In this document: positions 1-10,670 of the stretch, piece by piece
Position numbering within the stretch: the stretch's first letter is position 1
How the letters are laid out: every line of letters begins with the position of its first letter
DNA from: Mobula hypostoma
Taxonomy: Eukaryota
Assembly: GCF_963921235.1 (NCBI RefSeq)
Contig: NC_086098.1
Location: forward strand, 6,944,001-7,008,000
Length of the DNA stretch: 64,000 nucleotides
Direction: 5' to 3'
Made by a program: the position numbers and the translations under genes
The notes under the pieces: model-generated
What the model was told of the DNA's origin: nothing
Database searches by the model: none
Seen by the model: only the letters and a program-made list of their open reading frames with translations

Positions 1-13
1 TTTAAAATGTTAT

Positions 14-1602
14 TTCAAAGTTCAAAGTATGTTCATTATCAAAGTATGTGTACTATATACAACCTTGAGATTCATTTCCTGACAGGATCCACAGAACAAT
101 GAAAGCCAAAAGAACCCATATGAGAAAGACCGTCGAACTCCCAATGTGCAGAGAAGAAGAACATATCAAGCAAATAGTAACTGCAAGTACATAGCATTGT
201 GAACTGAAGTCCACGAAGAGAGTCCCATTGTTCAGCTTAGTTCAGTTCAGAGCCAAGTTGTGGAACAGCAATCTAAACACCAGCTTGTCTCTTGCCTGAG
301 GCCTCAACACCTTGACTTTTACCATCTTGTCTGACTCCTAAATCATCAACCAAACATCGGGTACAATTGCTTCGATATGCTCTGGGCTCAGGACCGTGCC
401 ACCTCGATTCAGCCTGTACCTAACCTTTCTGATTCGGCCCGGTGCTTAAATCTCTGTTCAGACATCGAGTTCAGTTGCCCCAATCCTCTCCGGTGCCTGG
501 ACCCCATTACCTCGATTCAGCCTGGACCTGATCTTTCTGATTCGTCCCTGTGCTAAGTCTCTGTCCAAACACTGAGTTCAGTTGATTGTGCCCAGACGAT
601 GCTGCCTCTATTCGGTCTTTGGCACAGCACTTAAATTGATCAAACCTCAGCTCTTCCTCGTACATTGAATTGCCTTTAAGTCCAAAGGGAAGTTATTTGC
701 GTTGATTGTTTGCCAGAAAAGGTGTGATAAACAAAGAATTTAGGTTCAAAGGTACATTTAAGGTCAGAGAAATGTATACAATATACATCCTGAAATGCTT
801 TTTCTTCGCAGCCATCTATGGAAACGGAGGAGTTCCCCAAAGGATGAATGACAGTTAAATGTTAGAACCCCAAAGTCCCCCCCCCATGCATAAGCGGCAG
901 CAAGCAACAAACCCCCTCCCCCCACCGGCAAAAATAAAGGGCACCCGCTACCAGCACTCAAGTGTGAGCAAAGCAATAACAAAGACACAAGACTTACAGT
1001 TATCCCAAAGACTACATTGTTCACCCGGTAATTCGACATGCTGCAGGCTCTCTCTCTCCTAATAAGGGAGAAAGAGGTGACTCCATTCCATCTTCCAGCA
1101 AGCGGGGAGACATAACGAACAAATCGCTGGATTACGATGTTAGAAGTCCATTACGTTGCTTTTTCCGAGCTCCGTGCCTGGAGATCGCAAGGATCCCGGG
1201 TCCGTAGGCACACGGTAAATGTTCTGACTCCCCCAACGACACACACCTGTGGTGACCCCAACCCTTGATTCACCCGTCTCCAGTTACTCAAGATCCTGGG
1301 CTTGTGAAACTGTGCCGAAATCTTCGGCCGAGACTTTGGCATGCCGAATAGCGGCTGATTGTGGAACTGTGAGAGCGGGTCCCATTCCTGCAAAGAACTG
1401 TCGTCAGCATCTAACTCCAGGTCAGGGTCTTCCAAAGAACCCTGAAAGGGAAAAATAGAGATATTAAAGATGGAAATAGGACTGTTTTCGAAGATGTAAG
1501 CAAAGGAGTCGCCGTGGGGCGCCATAACTATTTAGCTCCTATTTAATTTAATTTAGTTGTTGTCCTTGTTTCATTAGTCACCAGGGCCATCTTAAACCAG
1601 AA
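14..1602 (-). mobile_element. ORF-less non-autonomous retroposon (YY1-motif head, Rex1-type tail), interrupted by 744-1525
   Basis: Minus-strand head TTCTGGTTTAAGATGGCC at ~1585-1602. The tail at 14-200 ends in (TTTGAA)n and matches tails attached to Rex1-type coding remnants (16610, 18457). Internal ~108-bp diverged repeats at 400-585. Confidence 0.55.
744..1525 (-). mobile_element. Second ORF-less retroposon nested in the first
   Basis: Starts ATGGCGCCCCACGGCGAC on the minus strand, is CpG-rich, and ends AAATGTACCTTTGAAC (Rex1-like tail). The host sequence resumes after 1525. Confidence 0.55.
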
Positions 1603-1659
1603 TTTGTCATTTTCCCTGTCGGATTCTTTGAAAAACTAATACCACTAATGACACCAACT

Positions 1660-1900
1660 TTATTTGGAGATACAGCGCAGAGCAGCCCTTCCGACCTAAC
1701 AAGCCACACTGCCCAGCCACCTATCTGTTTAACCCTCGCCTAGTCACAGGACAAGCTTCAATCCCTCATGTCTTTGGAATGTGGGAGGAAACCACAGCAC
1801 CCAGAGGAGGTACAAGCTCCTTATAAATCGTGTCGGAATGGAGCTCCAAACTCTGGAATGCCCCAAGCTGTAATAGCATCGTGCTAACCTCTATGCCCAA
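1660..1900 (-). mobile_element. V-SINE (HE1-like), degenerate
   Basis: Reverse complement of the V domain (tctttggaatgtgggaggaaaccacagcacccagagg) with a CR1-like tail. Confidence 0.7.
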
Positions 1901-1997
1901 TTCACTTTCTGTTTCTAATATTTATATTAGACATCAAGCCTTGATGATGACTGTTAGTGATATTATTGCAAGAATATTTGACTATTTATACCTCACT

Positions 1998-2506
1998 GTT
2001 TGGAGGAACAACACCTTATATTCCGTCTGGGTAGCCTCCAACCTGATGGCATGAACATCGACTTCTCTAACTTCCGCTAATGTCCCACCTCCCCCTCGTA
2101 CCCCATCTGTTATTTATTTTTATACACACATTCTTTCTCTCACTCTCCTTTTTCTCCCTCTGTCCCTCTGACTATACCCCTTGCCCATCCTCTGGGTTCC
2201 TCCCCCCCCCCGTCTTTCTTCCCAGACCTCCTGTCCCATGATCCTCTCGTATCCCTTTTGCCAATCACCTGTCCAGCTCTCGGCTCTATCCCTCCCCCTC
2301 CTGTCTTCTCCTATCATTTTGGATCTCCCCCTCCCCCTCCCACTTGAAAATCTCTTACTAGCTCTTCCTTCAGTTAGTCCTGACGAAGGGTCTCAGCCTG
2401 AAACGTCGACTGTACCTCTTCCTAGAGATGCTGCCTGGCCTGCTGCGTTCACCAGCAACTTTGATGTGTGTTGCTTGAATTTCCAGCATCTGCAGAATTC
2501 CTGTTG
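1998..2506 (+). mobile_element. Penelope-like element 3' fragment (GIY-YIG C-terminus + tail with hammerhead)
   Basis: Encodes LEEQHLIFRLGSLQPDGMNIDFSNFR*, followed by a pyrimidine-rich tail. Perfect 11-bp TSD TATACCTCACT at 1987-1997 and 2507-2517. Confidence 0.9.
2376..2411 (+). ncRNA. Minimal type I hammerhead ribozyme (PLE-type)
   Basis: agtc-CTGACGA-agg-gtctcag-cct-GAAA-cGTC-gact. Stem I agtc/gact, stem II agg/cct, palindromic ACGT in place of stem III, predicted GUC cleavage after 2407. Confidence 0.8.
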
Positions 2507-2571
2507 TATACCTCACTATTTTCTTCTTTTGCTCTATTTTTGCACTACCTATTTAATTTAATTTTTGTGTA

Positions 2572-3348
2572 TAGTGGATTCCAGTTAATTGGGCCAATGG
2601 TTAATCAGGGCAGTACTTATTTGGGACAACATTCAAAGAACAAAAACTAATTGGGAAAATAGCTGGGATTCCCTTTGTTTGTTTGGGACTTTATGCACCT
2701 TAATGGGGGCTGGAGACTGTTGCTAAACAGCTTCTGACTCCAGCAGACATGTGCACTTGTGTAGCTGTTAAACACTACACTGTGCTTAGTGCGAACAGCT
2801 TTCAAATACCGTCAGTTGTGCGTGCTTGTGTTCAAAAAGCAGTGATTTTTGAAACCGATAGTTGGCAAGAAACAAGCAGTAAGGCAATTCCAAACTTATT
2901 GCTCACTGCGGTTTCAAGCATTCAGGCTTGGACCTGTGAGGAACGATTGGGAGTGAAAATGAAACGAGTTGACTACTTCAACAAGTGAGAAACTATGAAG
3001 AACGTGAAGGTATTGGCAATCATCTTGAATTTTACAATGAAAATGAAAATTTAGAGGATGCAATTGCTGAAAGCATTGTGTGAAGACAGTCCATTATCTG
3101 TAGTAGGTATCTGTGCTGATTTGGTTAACTTACAGTTAATCAAAAGAACATGGCAGTGTACCTCTGTCGAGAACAGTTAGGAACTAGTATATAGTTTGTA
3201 GTACTGTAGCTATATTGGCAGTGTTTTAATTTGTTCTCTATGTCTTTTAAATACATAATCTGTTAATCATTTAAAAAGTAGCTTTGTTATATACCTTCTT
3301 AACTTTTCCATCAAATCGTGGCTAATTGGGGTAGCTGTTTAATTGGGA
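2572..3348 (+). mobile_element. Tigger/pogo-type non-autonomous DNA transposon, right end truncated
   Basis: Terminus (c/t)agtggattccagttaattggg after TA; subterminal ttaattggg repeats at both ends; acidic transposase-like remnant (NHLEFYNENENLEDAIAESIV) at ~3018-3080. Confidence 0.55.
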
Positions 3349-3463
3349 TGTGTGTATACACAGTTTACCCGCTGTATATATCTTTCTTCTTGTACTTTAA
3401 AGTCTTTTATTATTATGTATCACAATGTACTGCTGCTGCAAAACATCATGCCAGCGATATTAA

Positions 3464-3655
3464 CGCAAACATGAGGAAATCTGCGGATGCTGGAAATTTA
3501 AGCAACACCCACAAAATGCTGGTGGAACGCTGCAGGCCAGACAGCATCCATAGGAAGAAGTACAGTCGACATTTCGGGCCGAGACCCTTTCCTGACGAAG
3601 CATTCCTATGGATGCTGTCAGGCCTGCTGCGTTCCACCAGCATTTTGTGTGTGTT
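3464..3655. mobile_element. Fold-back Penelope-tail insertion
   Basis: 53-bp inverted arms at 3504-3556 and 3603-3655 (3 mismatches). TSD ccagcgatattaa (3451-3463) / ccagtgacattaa (3656-3668). Confidence 0.8.
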
Positions 3656-4554
3656 CCAGTGACATTAAACCTGATTTTGATTCCACACTCTCTCTTTCTG
3701 CAGTCAATAAACAATTTACATGTCTCTTAAGTGCTGACCAATTACATTGAAATGACTTGTGATCTTTTCCAATTGATATTCTTGTTCTTGGGTTGTCCTT
3801 TCTTATGCACGTACACATTTTTTCTTTATTTGTAGGATGTGGTCCTGAACTGGGGATACATATATATCAGTCGGAAGTTGTGGAGGAAATTCCTGCAACA
3901 GGAAGTTTCTGACCACAGGAAATGTTTGTGACAGGAAATCACGGCTTACGATTGCATCACTTACTTGATTAGCGTCTCTGATGGCAGCCCTGTTGCTAGC
4001 ACTCCCCGAGTGATTGAAGAACACTAGCCATCGATTTGCTTTAAATTTATTAAATTGACCCCAATTGAAAGTTCTTATAAGCTATTCTGAAAGTTTAACT
4101 GTTCCTCGTGTAGGTCATACTAATGGGGCAGAGTTAATATGGAAGCATGTGCTTTCCTGACCCATTCAAAATGTGTTGTGCTTTGATTCTATGGTGTGTT
4201 TGTTGTGTAGCATTGCCTGCAGAGATACCATCCTATAACTTGTAATCCCCGATTGTAATGACCGGTAAATGGAATGGAAAGGCATTTCACCACAAAAAGG
4301 GGTGCCAGACAGTCCCTATCTGCTTCTATTACATTTGCTGCAGCAATCTTGATTCTGAAATGTTATTTGGGGGACAAAAAAGGTCCATTTGCTGTTGAGA
4401 CTTTTAAAAATTCTTTCTACCGAAGTCAACATCTAAACTCATTTTGGTTACTATGACAATGGGATTCGGCCTGTCTGTCCCAGAAGCTGACACTTCAAGG
4501 ATGACTTTTAGAGGAGAATTGGTTCTGAAAAGAGTGAATTATCGAAGAGATTTT

Positions 4555-5010
4555 CAGAATGAGAATCAGATTTAATGTCAGTGGTAGATGCTGTGAAATT
4601 TGTTATTTTGTACATTGCAACACATAATAATAAAAAACTATAAATTACAATTAGAGAGGTATATGTATATAAAAAATAAAATAAATATATATATATAATT
4701 AAGTAATGTAAAAAGAGAGGAAAAAGTACTAAGATAGTGTTAATGGATTTGTTGTCCATTTAGAAATCTGATCGTGGAGGGGAAGAAACTGTTCCTGAAG
4801 CATTGAATGTGTGTCTTCAGGTTCCTGTACCATTGAATGTGTGTCTTCAGGTTCCTGTACCTCCTCTTTGATGCTAGAGATGAGAAAAGGGCATTTCCTG
4901 GTTATGGGGGTCCTCAATAATTGATGCCGCCTTTTTGAGACATCATCTTTTGAGGGTGTTCTGGATGCTGAGGAGTCTTGTGCCCATGATGGAGCTGGAC
5001 GATTGGCCAC
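4555..5010 (-). mobile_element. Rex1/Babar-type LINE 3' fragment with internal exact 30-bp tandem duplication (4801-4860)
   Basis: Minus-strand RRYRNLKTH...FRNSFFP C-terminal motif; (TCTGAT)-type tail; cattgaatgtgtgtcttcaggttcctgtac x2. Confidence 0.7.
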
Positions 5011-5179
5011 TGATGTCAGGCAGACAAACTCTGAAGAGTATTGATAATGACTGGGGTCACCTGTCTTGTAAAGACACTGCCCAGAAGGCAATAAATAACC
5101 ACTTCTGTTGAAAAATCTTGCCAAGAACAATCATGGTAAAGACCATGATCGCCTACATCAGACAATATGATGAACGAAT

Positions 5180-5397
5180 GTTTCTGTAAGGAAGTTTGTA
5201 GTCCTTTCCCGTGTGCCTGTGGGTTTCCTCTGGATCCTCCGATTTCCCCCCCACAGTCCATAGGCGTAGCCATTGGTCGGTTAATTAGTCATTGTGAATT
5301 GTCCTGTGATTCGGCTGGGGGTTGCTGGGTGGCGTGGCTCAGTGTGCTAGAATGTTCCGTTCCGTGCTGTATCTCTAAACACACAAATAAATAAATA
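5180..5397 (+). mobile_element. V-SINE (HE1-like) with CR1-type tail
   Basis: V domain gtgggtttcctctggatcctccgatttccccccacagtcca; tail ctgtatctctaaa...(aaat)n. Confidence 0.7.
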
Positions 5398-6035
5398 CAA
5401 TGGTCCTGAGTATGTTGTCAGGCCATGTTTAGTTTTTATTAGCTTTCGAGATAAAACTTGGATCATTGCTACCCTGAGACAAACCGACACTCTGTCCAAT
5501 GAATTTTACCTCCTTGTTTTAATCCTCCTCTCAGAATTAAATGTTGGTCAAGTAAATGATTATCATGGCATGGAACTGATAAAATGCTTTGCAATCAACT
5601 AGTCATCGTGATTGATGGTTGAGAAGTGAAAAGAATGGCTGGAAAATTAGCTGTGTAACAGGATACGGAGAGTGGCAGTCAGAGGTTATTTTTCAGCCTG
5701 AAGGGAAACGCAGAGTGAAATTCCCCAAGGGTCAGTGCTAGGACAGTTGTTTCTCTAAATATACATTATGGACCTGGACATGAACATCTGGGCACAATTT
5801 CCAAATGTACAGATAACTTAACACTTGAACGTGTAGTGATCAGTAGGTTTACAAGAAAATAGGGGTTGGAGTGAGACCATAAGACATAGAAGTAGAAATA
5901 TGCCATTCAGCCCATTGAGTCTGCAGACGCTGGAAATACAGGGTAACACACGTGAAATGCTGGACAAACTCAGCAGGTCAGGCAGCATCTTTGAAAAGGA
6001 ATAAATACTCGATATTTTGGGCTGAGACCCTTCAC

Positions 6036-6566
6036 TAGAATTCAGAAGAATAAGATGGGACTTCATTAAAACCCATTGAATGCTGAAAGGACCCAATAGA
6101 GTGGATGTGTAGAGGACGTTTCCTGTGGTGGGAGAGTCTAAGACCAAAGGCTGCAATAGACTGGATGTGTAGAGGACGTTTCCTGTGGTAGGAGAGTCTA
6201 AGACCAAAGGCTGCAATAGACTGGATGTGTAGAGGACGTTTCCTGTGGTGGGAGAGTCTAAGACCAAAGGGCAGAGCCTCAGAACAGAGGTACATCCATT
6301 TAGAACGGAGATGAGGAAGAATTTCTTTAGCCAGAGAGTGGTGAATCTGTGGAATTCTTTGCCACAGGTGGCTCTGGAGGCCAAGTGATTGGGTGTATTT
6401 AAGGCAGAGATTGATAGATTCTTGATTAGTCAGGGCGTGAAGGAATATGGAGAAAAGGCAGGGGACTGAGGCTGAGAGAGAAAATGGATCAGCCATGATG
6501 AAATGGCGGAGCAGACTGGATGGACCAAATAGCCTAATTCTGCTCCTATATCTTATGGTCCTATGA
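6036..6566 (+). mobile_element. CR1 LINE 3' fragment containing a 60-bp tandem triplication (~6095-6270)
   Basis: Encodes ...EMRKNFFSQRVVNLWNSLP; tcttatggtc tail; three near-identical 60-bp units. Confidence 0.85.
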
Positions 6567-6639
6567 TCAGAAAAGTAGTGGAAATAAGCCATAATAAGCC
6601 CAGCATGTTGTGAGTGTTGCTGGAGATGTTGTGAATAGT

Positions 6640-7514
6640 CTCTGGGTTGTCAGAGGTTACTGTGGGACATCAATAGGATACAGAACTGGGCTCACAAGTG
6701 GCAGATGGAGTTCAACCCAGATAAATGTGAAGTGGTTCATTTTGTTAGGTCAAATTTGAAGACAGAATATAATATTAATAGTAAGACCCTTGGCAGTGTG
6801 AAGGATCAGAGAGATCTTGGGGTCTGTGTCCATAGGACATGCAAAGCTGCTACGCAGGTTGACAGTGTTGTTAAGAAGGCGTATGGTGTGTTGGCCTTCA
6901 TCAACCATGGAATTGAGTTTAAGAGGTGTGAGGTAATGTTACAGCTACATAAGACCTTGGTCAGGATCCACTTGGAGTACTGTGTTCAGTTCTGGTCACC
7001 TCGTTACAGGAAGAATGTGAATACTATAGAGAAAGTACAGAGGAGATTTACAAGGATGTTGCCTGGATTGGACAGTGTGCCTTATGAGAATAGGTTGAGT
7101 GAATTTGCCTTTTCTCCTTGGAGTGACGGAGGATGAGAGGTGACCTGATAGAGGTGTATAAGATGATGAGAGGCATTGATCGTGTGGATAGTCAGAGGCT
7201 TCTTCCCAGGGCTGAAGTGGCTAACACAAGAGGGCACAGTTTTAAGGTGCTGGGAAGTAGGCACAAGGGGGTTGTCAGGGGTAAGTTTCTCACACACAGC
7301 GTGGCGGGCGTATGGAATGAACTGCCAACAACGTTGGTGGAGGTGGATACAATAGGGTCTTTAAGAGACTCTTAGATAGGTACATAGAGCTTGGAAAAAT
7401 AGAGGGCTATGCAGTGGGGAAATTCTAGGCAGTTTCTAGAGTAAGATACATGGTCGGCAGAGCATTGTGGGTCGAGGAGCCTGTAGTGTGCTGTAGATTT
7501 CTGTGTTCTATGTT
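6640..7514 (+). mobile_element. CR1 LINE 3' fragment (ORF2 C-terminus, frameshifted)
   Basis: ORFs 6705-7136 and 7133-7375 (KWQMEFNPDKC...HLEYCVQFWSP...RGDLIEVYK); tctatgttc tail. Confidence 0.92.
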
Positions 7515-7615
7515 CGAAAACAGTCATTATCTTACTGAATGGTGGAGCAAGTGTCGGGGTGGAGGGCGAATGCCCTACATTTTCTTCTATTTCCTTATTC
7601 TGTCAGGTGTTATTC

Positions 7616-7672
7616 CACTCAGTGGCCACTTTATGAAGTACTTCTTGTACCAAATAAAGTGGCCGCTGAGTG
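7616..7672. mobile_element. Palindromic Tc1 mini-MITE (two TIRs only)
   Basis: cactcagtggccactttat...ataaagtggccgctgagtg, the same TIR as the Tc1 family below. Confidence 0.75.
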
Positions 7673-7936
7673 CAAGTCACAAGCAGGAATGCAGGGAAGT
7701 GCAGTTAGCTTGTCTGTTGATGACTGGGATGTGCCACGTCTTTCAGTTTTGTTGAGACAGGCTGTTGCTGCAAACTTCAGTGGGTTCATTTGACTGTACT
7801 GATGGAACAAGGAGGCTCCATGGCCACTTTATGACTGATCTCCTGTACCTAGTAAAGATTGTACTTGAGTTATTATGAGGTATATTATAAGGAATGAAGA
7901 TTCTGCATAAACTACATGGGGAATGGTTGATATCTG

Positions 7937-8468
7937 CACTCAGTGGCCACTTTGTTAGGTACCTCCTACACCCAGTGAAGTGGCCACTGCGTGTCTGTTT
8001 GTGGTCTTCTGCTGCTGTAGCCCATCCACTTCAAGGTTTGACGTGTTGTGAATTCAGAGATTCTTTTCTGCACACCACTGTTGTAACGCATGGTTATTTG
8101 AGTTACTTTCGCCTTCCTGTCTCATTAACAAGGCGTTTTTGCCCACAGCACTGCCGCACACTGGATGTTTTCTGTTTTCACACTGTTCTCTGTAAACTCT
8201 AGAGACAGTTGTGCATGAGAATCCCAGGAGACCAGCGGTTTCTAAGATACTCAAACCATCCCGTCTGGCACCAACTATCATTCCATGGTCAAAGTCACTC
8301 AGATCACATTTCTTCCCCATTCTGATGTTTGGTCTGAACAACAACTGAACCTCTTGACCATGTCTGCATGCTTTTATGCATCGAGTTGCTGCCGCATGAT
8401 TGGCTGATTAGATATTTGACATTAACAAGCAGGTGTACAACTGTACCAAATAAAACGGCCACTGAGCG
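7937..8468 (-). mobile_element. Tc1-type non-autonomous element with paired-domain transposase remnant
   Basis: TIR CACTCAGTGGCCACTTTATTAGGTAC. Encodes MGKKCDLSDFDHGMIVGARRDGLSILETAGLLGFSCTTVSRVYRE. Confidence 0.9.
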
Positions 8469-9084
8469 CATTGCTAGCAGTGATTGTAAGTCTGAGAACA
8501 GTGGGGGAATTGCCTAATCCGAATGTTAATCCTTCTATTTCTGCTCAAGCTAAAATAAGTTAATTAAATATAGGTTTCAAAGTGGGAGCTTTCCCAGAGG
8601 AGCTCTCCAAAGGCGTTGGAGTAAGAATTTTCTTAATACATGCATGCAAAGGTTCAAGTACGTAAGCAGTGTAATTTGTGACCTATCCTGCCATCGCGCA
8701 CATTAAGCGCGTGCGATCTTGGCAGTTGCACAGATCACAGTGAATGATACAATGCTTGCAACTCTTAAAGTGGGTGCATCCAACTGGAACAGTCCAATAA
8801 ACTGGAGCCAGAAGGAGAAGCACCACAGTGACATAATAGCTGAGTTCAAAGAAGTAGATAAGCGTTGGTTCTGAAACTTGGGCCCTGGAGAGCAGGCCAT
8901 TCTCTTCAGATGCGTGCCCGATATGATACTGCACATGCAGCAGTGCCTGAGGTTTCTGGCACCTCAAGTAAGGCAGATGAGTTGGATCATTTTTCACATC
9001 AGGGCAATTTAAAAGAAATCTGTCCAGGGGCAAAATGCGTTTTGATTTCTGAAACAAGCATGCATGGCCATTTTGAGAGAGCAA

Positions 9085-9490
9085 GGGGATTAAGGGTTGG
9101 AGAGGGGTGAATGAACTCAGAATTTGGGAGGTGATAGGCGGAAGAAGTAAAGGGCTGGAGGAGAAGGAATCCGATAGGAGAAGAGAGTGGGCCATGGGGC
9201 GAAGGGAAGGAGGAGGGGCACCAGAGGGAGGTGAATCGCAGGAGAGGGGATGGGAAGGGGTGAGAGAGATGCCACAATGGGGAATGGAAAAAAGAGAGAA
9301 AGGGGAGGTGACAGAAATTACCAGAAGCTGGACGAATTGATATTCATGCCGTCAGGTTGGATGCCGACACAAACTAAATATGAGCTGTTACTCCACTAAC
9401 CTGAATTTGGCCTCATCGTGGTAGTAGAGGACCCCATAGACCATCTTGTGAGAAGGGGAATGGGAACTCGAATTGAAATCGGTGGCCATG
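9085..9490 (-). mobile_element. Degenerate Penelope-like fragment
   Basis: Reverse complement of the GIY-YIG C-terminus (...QPDGMNIN...) plus the tail seen at 1998-2506. Confidence 0.65.
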
Positions 9491-9607
9491 AACATTTACT
9501 AAGTTCCTGTGGAACTGTGCATGCGAGAGAGTGAATAGTGTCTGAACACAATTTTTCAAGCAGATAATTTTCCCCCAGAAAAACTCCTTCATTTTTCATT
9601 CACGTTA

Positions 9608-10238
9608 ACATAGAAAACCTACAGCACAATACAGGCCCTTCGGCCCACAGAGTTGTGCTGAACATGTTCCTACCTTAGAAATTAACAGGCTTACATATAG
9701 CCCTTTATTTTTCTAAGCTCCATGTGCCTATCTAAAAGTCTGTTAAAAGACCCTATCGTATCTGCCTCCACCACCATTGCCGGCAGCCCATTCCACGCAC
9801 TCACCACTCTCTGAGTAAAAAACCTACCCATGACATCTCCTCTGTACCTGCTCCCCAGCACCTTAAACCTGTGTCCTCTTGTGGCAACCGTTTCAGCTCT
9901 GGGAAAAAGCTTCTGACTATCCACACGATCAATGCCTCTCGTCATCTTATACACCTGTATCAGGTCACCTCTCATCTTCCGTCGCTCCAAGGAGAAAAGG
10001 CCAAGTTCACTCAACCTATTCTCATAAGGCATGCTCCCCAATTCGGGCAACATCCTTGTAAATCTCCTCTGCACCCTTCCTATGGCTTCCATGTCCTTCC
10101 TGTAGTGAGGCGACCAGAACTGAGCACAGTACTCCAAGTGGGGTCTGACCAGGGTCCTATATAGCTGCAACATTTCCTCTCAGCTCCTAAATTCAATTCC
10201 ACGATTGATGAAGGCCAATACACCGTACGCCTTCTTAA
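9608..10238 (-). mobile_element. CR1 LINE 3' fragment
   Basis: ORF 9691-10173 (LYRTLVRPHLEYCAQFWSP...FFTQRVVSAWNGLP) plus 3' UTR. Confidence 0.93.
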
Positions 10239-10670
10239 CCACAGATTTCACCAGTATGAATTCTAAACAGGTTTTCCTGGTGCATACTTCTTGCAGACTT
10301 CAAGAAATGCACGTTTTTATTGAAGTGCTGTAGGATTGAGTTACTAAAAGCAATTGGTACCTTGAAGTATGCAGAGGCCACTGTAAAATTCCTGGTTGTG
10401 AGGTTCCGAGCATCTGACAGCGGAAAGCTGAAGGACCTGGGCACACGTTGTTGATGCAGTCCTATCACCGCCATGTTCAATTCAGTCACTGACATCTTGG
10501 TGCTTGTATTTTCTGTAAAGATGCCTTGCTAGCTACAAGTAGGAAGGTAGGCAAGAACAGACCTGTTGTCTGTTGGTAACCGGGATATGCCGTGACTTAT
10601 AGCTCTGTTTTGACAGTCCGTTGCTGCTGACTTCAGTGGGTTCATCTGGTCTGTATGAATGGAACAAGTA

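Noticed and set aside
3837..3932. Possible host exon after the acceptor-like tttttctttatttgtag
   Set aside because: I saw no convincing donor or recognisable peptide, and the frame starting at the acceptor stops at ~3930.
8683..9340. 170-aa and neighbouring ORFs
   Set aside because: They partly overlap a Penelope tail, show no recognisable protein features, and are probably chance ORFs.
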